A stretch of 63,995 nt of DNA, counting the filler, from Circinaria calcarea (lineage: Eukaryota), in NCBI GenBank assembly GCA_051942165.1. It is 4 parts of 4 records of this genome, joined end to end, with 100 filler letters (N's around TTAATTAATTAA, not from the genome) between each part and the next. Parts side by side here need not be neighbours in the genome. Positions count along the whole stretch, not along the records: positions 33,374 to 49,949 come from JAVECS010000315.1; positions 50,050 to 63,995 come from JAVECS010000465.1; 2 more parts are not named here. One strand, 5' to 3'. Within the stretch, counting starts at the first letter, position 1. Each line of letters begins with the position of its first letter. The position numbers and the translations under genes were made by a program. Shown here piece after piece: positions 39,620 to 50,373 of this stretch. The notes below the pieces were generated by a model. It searched no databases. It had not been told where the DNA came from and saw only the letters and a program-made list of their open reading frames with translations.

Positions 39620-41577
39620 AGAGACAAACAAGCAAGTAAACAAGCTATAGAAAATGCCTCACTCAACGGATTGATGGAAGATGGAACTGGAGAGATGTCA
39701 CTTGCAAGATGTTGGAGAGCTTATGTATATGCCCTCAAAGGCCTACTCTACCTTTCTTGCCTTTCCAGACTAATCAATAGTGATTATTACATGTTGAAAG
39801 CTGCCAGATACAGCACGTCAATAGACAGGAAGCGGCTGAGCATCATGTCAGTCTCACACCGCAAACGCTTCTTGGTGTGCGGTGTTAGAAGAACGTCCAA
39901 CGATAGTCGGTGACCGAATAGGCTTCCACTGTGAGAAATCCTATAGCCACACTGACGAACCTGGGGCAGTACCCAGTGTACAAAGCCCACCAGACCGTGC
40001 TAGCTTGCCATCTGATTGCAGTGACATACTTTGGGTGCCAAACGAGGGATCCAACAGGGGTCATGATGTATATTCTATCCCATCCGGCAGACGGAGCCGC
40101 CGTACAATTGAGAACCCGAGTCTGACAGGAGTCGCTGAATGTCCCTGTTGCCCTTATTGACGCCACGGAGGAATTTTCTCCATATGGTAAAGTGGAGACT
40201 CGAGTGCGCCAAGAGGGCATCCTGAACTCCCGGTACCTCGTTACGATCTGGCCTGGATCTGGTATGCCCCCTGCCAGTACATCTACCTACCGGCATCGTA
40301 CCATATCCGGTCTTCGCGGCTCAATGCTAAGCTCATGGCTCAGGGGCGAACGAATGTCGTCGAGTCTGGCGGGTGATCACCGGACGACGTTCCTGGCTCG
40401 CTCACGTTTTCGCCCTCCAGGTGAATCTCGTAGGGTTCTAGCCGAAACGGGACTGGCCTACATCATCATCAACAACCTCTCTCAACCTTCGCTCAACCTC
40501 CATCGGAGATTTCTCCGTTCGCCATCCTATCATCGCAGCTACCAAAGGCATGCAAAGCGCACGGTGTACATATGCAGTCATTTCAATCCATGCCGTCGAC
40601 CATTTCAATGTGTCAAGCCACTCATTTTCTTCCTGTACCGAAGACCGGCGGTCGCCGTGTGATGACATGGTGGTTAACGACTTCATCGTGCATGACTGAC
40701 GGCCTGGTCATTCCTGCGACCACGCCGTTCTCGAGTCCATCACTCCTATCGTTGTAAATTTAGGTTCCTCTTCTTGTGCGACATGATCTCTGAACTCTTG
40801 CATCATCTAATCGGTCTCGATTCGGTGTCCGAAATCGACGCCCGTTCCCTGCGAGATATTCCCCGATTTTCCATGTGGGAATGAATCCCTGCTGCATTAT
40901 GCTGCTGCATGTTCCACGGATTTCTCGCATATCAGCATGACTTGTACCACACTCACTCTAGAGATACAAGAGCATTATGGTGTACGCTGTTCGAACACTT
41001 GGCTGTTTCTCCCTATACACCACTAGACGGGTCTCTTGCCATTTCGGGCGGATGTTGAGCCCACTAGGTGGCGTCGCGACTATAGGGACTCAGGAAGGCC
41101 CCGTAAGGTTGTCCCATGCCACTTGGACATGACTGCAGTCATGCCGAGGTTTGGTTAGGGCTCGAAAATGGGATATTGGCAGATCCAGAAGGATTGATTA
41201 GTTGCCAGATGGTTGGCCGAAATTCGATAATGCCCTAGCCACAGCCAAGATCAGCCGTTACATGAGAGAGACAAACCCAAAGGTAGGATGCTCCTTTCCA
41301 TATTGGGCTTTCAGGCGGTACGGAGCAGTGATGTCAAAGCGAAACCACGGCATCACCACCTTATTAGACCTTGTGCTATTGAATAGTGACCTAAAGACCC
41401 TTTCTCTTGGCCATCTAGTCTATATCGCTGGTTAGAGGTGCCACGCCATCGAGGAGGATCTCGCCATCAGCTCTTAGCTTTGTGTAAATAGGATATAATC
41501 TGTGTTCTTCCTGTCATTTCTCTACATCAACCATCTCTTCGACTCGTTCTCTATCACATCGGAACATCGCCTCCGAA

Positions 41578-43692
41578 ATGGTTTTGCTAAAGAGCTCACT
41601 CGCGCTTTGCGCTGCCGCCTACGCCACTCTTGTCTACTCCGTTGATGTTCATTATGAGATGGACCTCACCTGGGAAGAAGGCGCGCCGGATGGGAATCCA
41701 AGATACATGATATTCAACAATGGTCAATTCCCTGGACCCGACGTAATTGCAGATGAAGGGGATGAAGTTGAGGCAAGTGAGAATTTTATATCTACAAGGC
41801 CTTTCATCCTGACCGGTCTCTAGATTGTTGTTAATAATCATATGCCATTCAATACAACCATTCACTGGCATGGCATCGAGTAAGGCATTCAAGCGAATGT
41901 TCTTGAGATATACCTAGCCCAGCAACTAACAGTGAGCTAGTCAAATTAAAACTCCTTGGGCGGATGGTGTGCCTGGCCTTACACAGAAACCAATAGAGCC
42001 GGGTGAGAGTTTTGTGTACCGCTGGATTGCAAGCCCGTTTGGAACCTACTGGTAAGCATTTCCCATCGATTTGAGAAACTTCGTCTGATGTTCCAGGTAT
42101 CATGCACATTCTCGTGGTACTCTTTCGGACGGCTTGTATGGGGCGATCTTCATTAAGTATGTTCTCCATAACCTTAATTCTCACCACACGCTTTGCTGAT
42201 TATTAAGACCAAAACCGGGCACACCCTCACCCCTCTCTATGATTGCAAATAATGCCACAAACAGTACCAAATCGCTCAGAGCAATGGAACGTGCCGCAGC
42301 CAAACCCACCCTTGTCTTATTATCGGACTGGACTGCATTGACTTCTTGGGAGTACATGGATGTTCAGTCGTTATCTGGGTCCGATGTCTTGTAAGTGATA
42401 CATGAGCGAGGTCTCTTCGAAAGCTAATATGATCTGTCCAGTTGTGTGGACAGTGTCCTTATCCAAGGAAAAGGTAACGTCGATTGCCTACCTGCGGAGG
42501 AGTTGGACAGCCTGGTCAATCCAGCCCTTCGATTTGTCTTGAATGGAACCAAGGTAACAGACAAAGGGTAAGTTATAATCCGCTAGACTCCCAATCTCTG
42601 GCTAGATGCTAATAATGTTATAGATGTATTCCGCCTGGTGTGAACACGCAAGGAGACTACCACGCTACAAACCTTTACGATTTGGTTCCACTGGGTATGA
42701 ATGAGGGCTGTAAGCCCAGCTCCGGAGGGCCCTTGGCGGCGTTTGAGGTGAATGCCCGTGATCAATGGGCAAGCCTAAATTTCATCAACGGTGCGAGTTT
42801 AAAGGCTTTGAGCGTGTCTATCGATGAACATCCAATGTGGGTGTATGCCATTGACGGAGAATACATAATGCCCAAACTGGTACACAACTTTCACCTTTTC
42901 AACGGCGCCCGCATTTCTGTCATGGTTAAGCTAGATAAGCCTCCCGGAAACTACTCCATCCGCGCAGTCGACCAAGGAGGAGACCAAATAATTGCTGGGT
43001 TTGCCACACTGTCGTACAAGAACGGAAAAGATAACGGTCCATCCAAACCGTACGTCGACTATGGCGGAACCAACACAACAGCTGACGTTATCTCTCTGGG
43101 GCTCGAATATGTTGCCCCTTTCCTTCGAGATCCGCCATCACTTACGGCAGATCAAACTTTTCACCTTTCGCTTGGTCGAATCAATTCTTCCTGGCAGTGG
43201 ACACTTGACGGTACCAAATTATATCCCAGTGATCGGGGCGCCTACAACCCTCTCCTTTTCGACCCTCACCAGCCTGACGGAAAGGATTCGGCTCTTACCA
43301 TCACAACTTACAACAATACTTGGGTTGATATCATCATGCATGTCCAGTTCAACTCCCACAATCCGCTTCAGCCACCTCATATCATCCACAAACATTCCAA
43401 CAAAGCTTATATGATTGCAACCAACTTGGGCAGATTCAACTGGACCACAGTAGCCGAAGCGCAAAAAGTGATTCCCGAGCAATTCAATATCGAGGGAGCT
43501 CCGTTCAGAGACACTTTCGTCACTGACCCGACAGGGGAGTCTTGGATGGTACTACGATATCATGTGATGAATCCTGGACCGTTTTTGCTTCACTGTCATA
43601 TCGAGACGCACTTGGAGGGAGGTATGGCAGTCGCGATGCTTGACGGAATTGACGCATGGCCTACCGATATCCCCGAAGAGTATCAGATATAA
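41578..43692 (+). CDS. Secreted multicopper oxidase/laccase (Abr2/Gip1-like pigment MCO), multi-exon
   Basis: Signal peptide; copper sites [20 protein letters not shown] and [21 protein letters not shown] and [13 protein letters not shown] motifs. The first intron (41773-41823) has a GC donor. Confidence 0.95.
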
Positions 43693-46404
43693 TAGTTGGA
43701 TTGTTTCTTTGGGTCTATAATACCTTGGGTGGTCAATTGTCACGGCATTGCATCTGATAGTACGGCGATTGATTGACTTTTTAAATCAAGTACATGGATG
43801 GCTTGTTCCTTTCTTTGGTTTGGATCTTCGACCCTGTTGATGACATTCTTTTCGTCAGCAGTGAGTGGATGCGGGTGTACATACACATTGCCTTTCGACA
43901 GCGTACGCTTGTATATATTACATATAATTATATTCTGATTATGCACATGTATTCGTCTGGATTACTTACTTCACCATTGCTTCGGATGTATTTTCAATTT
44001 AATGTCCTTAGATTAACTAGTCGGTGTCTCTCCTATACATCTATAGCACATTTCGTACCTCGAAAACCGACATGCTTCCATGACTCGCGATACTGCGCCC
44101 ATAAGTCAGGCCATGTAGACAAGGAACTCAGTACCTGTACCCCTACCCTTACTGCAAGCTGCACCCCTGGGAAGCTGTCACCGAAGGGCGGGAGAACGTG
44201 TATCACGCGAGAAACACAACGGGGTCGCGTGGTGACACTTTATTCCACCTGCCCACGAAAAGCACCAATGCAGCGATGGTGCAGCAAGAATGCCGGTAGT
44301 ATTCGGCATGCAGTATGCAGTATGCACATGGGATAAAGGAACGGATAGGGATATTGATAGATAATGCACACTGCAAAGGCGTCCGTGGCGTCCCCCCCGG
44401 GGGATCTAAGATAGGGAGTGAGATAATGCAAGGTTGATGCAAGGGGATAATGATGACGCCAAGCCCGGGGATCTTAGCGACCAAAGGATTATCTCGGTCC
44501 GGGATCTTTAAGGTTCGTTAGTGGATGAGTACGCAGGAAGGGATGGAAGCAGAATCAGGGAATGGGGAGGTTTCAGATGTCGAGAGGGTCAACGGATGGG
44601 TAAGGGAAGGAGGTAAGGGCTAAGCTAGGAGGGAGAGATTAGCGGTAGGGTAAGGGAGATGAAGTTGAGGGAGGAAGGTTTATTGATTATATATCTAAAA
44701 TTGGAAACTTAGCTGATGCCGACACTTTGGCCTGATTCAAGAGTATGGGGATTGTCCGGTGGGATTCCCGCTCCGGCGGCTATATAGAACATAGCGGATA
44801 TAATTTCCGACCGTGTATACTTGTAATACCAGGATTTATTCGAATTCTACCGAACTCAGATGTACGCTAGAATATGGGTCGCCGAAGCCCCCGAGGGGAA
44901 ACGATTGGGTATTAGAAATATGAAGGGATCTTGCCTAGAGAACCGGGAGAACCGGCAAATCTTAAAGGTGATGGGACTTTGGAAAGGATATCTAAGGTGG
45001 TTGGAGCCCGCCGTAGCAGGAATTTTGGTTCGCCGTGGTTGCGGCTCTAATCTATGGTACCTACGGGGAGGCTGGCTTGAGATGGTTCTTGGCAGCAACG
45101 GTTGACGATGGGACCGAATACGAGGTGAGATTGTCGGAAATTGAAGCAACTCCCAATCGGGCACAAACCTCAATAAATGCATGTTCGGCTCCTCTGAGTC
45201 CTCATTGGTTCTCTACTCAAGGGGGAACAAGCATTACCCAGTTGCGGGAATGCTAGGCTGAGTGTCCCAGTTGGCTCGAAGGAGGGATATTTTGGGGGTC
45301 GGTCGGTTCTCGAACCATGATGACGGAAACTATGGAGCGGGGAGAATAGCAATCAAGATTCCCTGGCTTCATTGATGATGTTGTGGTTTCTCACAGGTGA
45401 AGATGGGAGGTTGAATGATGGGTTTGCTTGAGGGATACGGTCGGTCCGTATGAGAGACGCATAAATCGGGTGGGTTCATGGCGATGGGAGGAGTAACGGT
45501 GAGTCGCGATGGAGCTCATAGCTATGAAGCTTGGGTTGTTCGTTCCTATTGAAGTTTTGTGATGTACAGTCATCGTCATTTTTTCTTCTTATTTACGAGC
45601 CAAGGCTCCGAACGAAGGTGGATCCTACGGTACATCACACCTCTCTCTCCCTTGATCCATCCAAGCCTCTCGTTTTCAGGATCTCAAGGACAGATATCAG
45701 GATCCCACGAATACTAAGGACCGATTAAGCAAGATTAACATTGTGCCAGCCATCGCCAGGTTGAAGCATCAAGCTCAACCGCAGAGAGCTTCCCAAGGAC
45801 TCTCCATTGCACGTCAAGATATCTACGAGAGCGTGCTTCAAGAAGCCGTACTTTACCAGGGGGAAAGGATGATAACGAGTAAGGCGAGGGATACGATATT
45901 CTATCAGCTTCGTCCTTTGTCCTCTTTCTATCAAATCATTACAATCCCGACATACTCCAGCTGAAAAAGCTAAACAGAGGAGCTGAAGAGCTCTTGAACG
46001 TCTCCCACTCGTGCATTCTGAAACCCTTGAAATTCTTTGTTGGTCGCGGATGCTATTACGCTGCTCTGTCATGGAACGAAGACCTTTTTGATCACCAGCT
46101 TGTTTTGTCACTGTCCAGTAACAACAATACCTGTCTTCTTCGAGCCCCTTTTCGTGACTCACCTTCTCCTGGCATTGTTCTGAATGGCATTGTTGAGCTC
46201 CTCTTCCTAGCTCGAGCCAACTTCTAGCAGCCTAGGTATATATATCCCTCTCCATCATCTTTTCTCTCCTTCCCATCATCTTCATCTTTATCACTCTTCA
46301 CAAAACTCAACCATTCTGCCAAGCTTGCATACCCATACACAATCCTTTTAAATCCAACAGTCTATCAAACAATCCAAATCCAACGCTCAAATCAGATTCC
46401 AGTC

Positions 46405-46776
46405 ATGCCAAAACGCACAAGTTGGCAAGACGACGAGACGTGGGCATCCCAGTTTGAGATCGATGACTGGTACAAGGAAGAACTGACCGATCATCCAGCC
46501 AAATCCGCCCAGCCCAAACGCAATAGGAAGACAGAAACCAAAGCCCGCCTCACCAGAGAAGCCCAAGCGGCCGCCACAAAATCTCGCGACTACAAGTTTA
46601 AAGAAGCCTTGGAAGTGGCCGAGCTTGCTGCAAGGTGCCGCCGTGCAGCCCAACAAGCTGAGCGAGAAGAACTCAACCGCGAAACGGCACGAAAGCACGC
46701 GGAGACTTGGTTCCTAGAGCTTGAGGAGTTCGAAGAGCCCCCACCCATGAACCCCACCGACGTGCTCCGCCTGTAG
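46405..46776 (+). CDS. Small hypothetical charged/helical protein (123 aa)
   Basis: ATG ORF preceded by a TATATATA box (about 46237) and a CT/CA-rich leader typical of expressed fungal genes. No recognisable domain. Confidence 0.45.
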   Translation: MPKRTSWQDDETWASQFEIDDWYKEELTDHPAKSAQPKRNRKTETKARLTREAQAAATKSRDYKFKEALEVAELAARCRRAAQQAEREELNRETARKHAETWFLELEEFEEPPPMNPTDVLRL

Positions 46777-47100
46777 ATTCTACAAGGACCCTCCAAAGCC
46801 CCAAATAAAGTCTCACGCGGAGACCTCCCGACGCAAGTGTGAAAAGACCGGCTTCGAGGCGCCCCAAGCATGCGCAAAGCGGTAAAGCCATCACCACCCC
46901 TCTCAGTGAGAAAGTTGACCTCTGAGCCTCCAACAAGATGTTCAAAGTTTGAAATAGAAGTCTCAGCTCTCGGTCGATAATTCTCGATATCCAGGCTTTT
47001 TGATACCTTGCGGAAACCCCTTTCTTTCCCTCTTTCGATAGCACGCAATGCAATACAATATATACCCATACAACCTAGCTCATCCACTCCAATCATACCC

Positions 47101-47171
47101 CTTACTCGTGCCTTGCTCGTGCCTTGCTCGTTTCTTGCTCATGTCTTGCTCATATCTTACTCGTGTCTTAC
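47101..47171. repeat. Degenerate 11-bp tandem repeat (CTTGCTCGTGY) x~6
   Basis: cttactcgtgc cttgctcgtgc cttgctcgttt cttgctcatgt cttgctcatat cttactcgtgt. Confidence 0.85.
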
Positions 47172-49075
47172 TTAGCTTTATGTAACTACCCTACTTTACC
47201 CCCTCCTTCCTCCCTTCATTCACACCCCATTCAAACCTAACTAGGAAGGAACCCAACCGCGGTGAGAGAAAACGAACATAGTCGTACTCCCTGTGTCTTG
47301 TTTTGATGCTCAGTATTTGGTCTTGGGATGGCTGGAATTTTGATTGATCAAGGTAGATGGGCAAAAACGCGAGACCTTTCATCTAAGTCTCAGTTCCTTG
47401 GTCTTGGTCTCGGGTAGTCCCATCTGCACGTTTGCGTGATTCCCTCCAACCCTCTCACTTCTCGATTTTCTATTCTCTTCTAGTATTCCACCCCGACGCA
47501 TGACGCATGACGCATGAACCCATCCCCATCCCATTCCTAGTTGTTTTCACTTCCACTCATTCGTTATCCTAGGTTCCCCAATCTCCCAAAATCTGTCCAC
47601 TCCCTCTTGGCTTGGTGCGAGCGGTAGGAGAAAGTTCGAGCTGTGATTGGTGTTTGGAGGAATTTTTTAGTTGGGCATTTATCCCACGGGTTACGTGTGG
47701 TGGGTCGCGTGGCGGTCCTGCGGAAACCTTGTTTGGTTAAAATTTGGATGGGATGTAAAGGATGAGGTACAGGAACTCTGGGCTGGGCGGGACTGGGGAG
47801 CTTGGAGCGGGTTATTGATAGGGAGCGGTACGTGGATGATTTCTCCAAGGAGGACTGTTTGCGTTGGGAGGGGGTGAAGGATCTCTATGGGTAAGGATTG
47901 GAAGCCTCGTCATAGATGCTAAAGGTGAACTTGGAGACCTAACAGAACAGACGGGGAGGGGCAAGGCGAAAGGCCATTTGGGTTTTTCGCTCTACAAGAT
48001 AGGGAAGGAGGATGGGGTAGTGTAGTGGTCCAAACTTGTTACGTGTGGTATTAAAGTCCGCGCCATTGACTCAGAATCGAGGGATGCAAAACTCACATCT
48101 TAGAGCTGTTGAAGGCCCTAGGTATGTAGACATGACCTCCGCAATTACTTAACCCACAGCTCATCTCGAATAACTCCGACACAATGCAGCTCCTACTGCC
48201 TCGAACGCTTTTTGATGCAAATCTTGTACCTGGGAATATTGAGTCTCATTCGAGGAGGGAAAGAAGATAATTGGCAGGTACCACCCTCACTCACGTTTTT
48301 CGCCGAGCTTTTATGCCAGCAGTACTATGCTGACATATTTCTCCTACCGTCTTTTTACAACTGTCCATCCTCATCAGTTACCGTGTGAAGAAAGGCAGCC
48401 ACGGTTGAATTGAAGACTACTCTTGTCGCTAAGGGAACGGAATAACCCATTCCGTAACTCGGCATATTCAGCAACGACTACTCCAACGAAGAACTTATCC
48501 CCTCAAGCAAAGTCTGAGCAAGAAGCAAGAGCTCAGTACAAGCTCGGAACTGCTGAGCAACAACATCAGCAGATTTATAATCATCTAAAGCATCATCTCT
48601 GCTGACTGCTCAAGCTTCGTGATGACAGCCGCGCAATGAAGGCCTACTGGTTGAACTAGGTCCTGTAAGGTCATCTTTGTACGAGGTCCGATGTGTTACG
48701 AAGCCTGGTGTAATACAGCAGTCCGAGGTTCTTCGGCGTTTGGCTTCATCAGTTGGGCACGGTTTATTCCTTTAATGTTCCTGGTGGCGAGTCAATAGAA
48801 GAAGTGGTGAACAAGCAATTTTGCCATCTAAATGTGCTCATATTCATTATCGATGACCACTTTCCTAGCGGAGTTGGTTTTTTTAATTTCCGTAGAAACC
48901 ACTCTCACATCATGTTTATATAAAAGTCTCCAATTCCTCTCATCCCTCCTTCCCTTCTCATCGTCAACTATAAGGTACAATACAGCCACCCTCACAATAC
49001 ATCAAACTCCTACCCTATCCCCTTGAACATCAGTTCCAGTCCTCACCACCCAAGATACTCATCGTCTCTTCCATC

Positions 49076-49713
49076 ATGAAGTTCTCTCTCCAATCCGCGC
49101 TCGCCCTTTTTCTCGCCTCCATCCCTTCATCGTCGGCCCTCCCAGCAGCGACCAAATTCCAGGTCTCCCCCAGCTTTACATTAAGAGCCAGTCTGTACGA
49201 CGCAGTCAATACCTCCTTTGCAAACCTATCGGTGACATCCTACCACACCGGCCCCGGCACCGCCTACGCAGTCCTCGCACCCGGCCCCGGCCGAATCGCT
49301 CATCTCAACGGCACCGAGGAGGAACTCGACCACGAGAACGGCAACATGGTATTCGAAGGCAGTTCGTTCCCGTCCTCGTTCATCATCGACCGAGTCAATC
49401 AGACCTATAATCCCATCGAGATCAATGCCGGTGAAGGAGGGACGCCGGGCATCTTTATCGATCAGGGCTTCATCAAGGTGCATGATCCGCTCAGTGGAGG
49501 TTTCTATGGTAAGATAGATGGCTTACCTCTTTTAATCAGAAAAAGTCATGCTTTGCTATATCCATCCGCTGACGGGGGAGATGGTTTTTTGGGAAAACAG
49601 CCTGCAACAATACCCTTCCCTTTGGACCTGCCGTCCAAGTCTTCTACAGGATCAAATTCGTCCCCACTCCGGCGACATGCTCGGCCGTTCAGTTGAACGT
49701 TGAATACGTGTGA
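49076..49713 (+). CDS. Small secreted protein (resembles DUF7907-type fungal family), 2 exons
   Basis: Signal peptide MKFSLQSALALFLASIPSSSA; SYHTGPGTAYAVL motif. An intron at about 49509-49600 gives GFY-ACNNTLPFGPAVQVFY...TPATCSAVQLNVEYV*. TATATAAAA box upstream at about 48917. Confidence 0.8.
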
Positions 49714-49949
49714 GGGAATACCACTCGAAGATGACCGTTTCCGCCACGCAGTCATGACGGTCTAATATGCATCGAAGGAGGTGGCGGGGCTAAACATTGC
49801 ATAAGGGAGCAAGTATACGAAAGGAAGCTGCCCTCTTTCTGTCTTCTCATTAGATCTCTATACAAATCTTCTACTACGCCTTCCAAATTCCATCAGCGCG
49901 TCTGTTTCCCTTCCCCCGTGCCCCCCAACCACTCCGACTTCGACATCAA

Positions 49950-50049
49950 NNNNNNNNNNNNNNNNNNNNNNNNNNNNNNNNNNNNNNNNNNNNTTAATTA
50001 ATTAANNNNNNNNNNNNNNNNNNNNNNNNNNNNNNNNNNNNNNNNNNNN
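49950..50049. other. Artificial contig linker
   Basis: 44N-TTAATTAATTAA-44N. Confidence 0.98.
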
Positions 50050-50373
50050 GGTATTTATGGATAGTATTACGGTAAAATCTCCCCTTCAGCGCCCCCCATG
50101 GGTGCGTGCTTGGGATGGGGATAGGTTGGGATGAGATGAGATGAGTTGATTGGTATATTTAATTGACATGCGGTATGATGACCATTACCACTACTACCAT
50201 CATAGTTTGATGTTTGGCGCAAAGCTCGATGAGAAATCACAGTGGATAGTATGTGGTAATGTGCTTAGATCCATTGCTAGTCAAAAGTCTCGAGAATAAT
50301 GGTTCTCATCTAGTATACAGTTCAAAAAGCAACATACCGCCACGATTCCCCACCCCCGACCCACATTATCCAT

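Noticed and set aside
39885..40757. ORFs of 60-156 aa in the PKS-laccase intergenic region as a hidden cluster gene
   Set aside because: They overlap on both strands with no recognisable motif or consistent splice structure.
47062..47100. Two ATACCC motifs downstream of the orphan ORF as Khd4-type targets
   Set aside because: They lie in CA-rich low-complexity sequence on another contig, and the gene itself is unverified.
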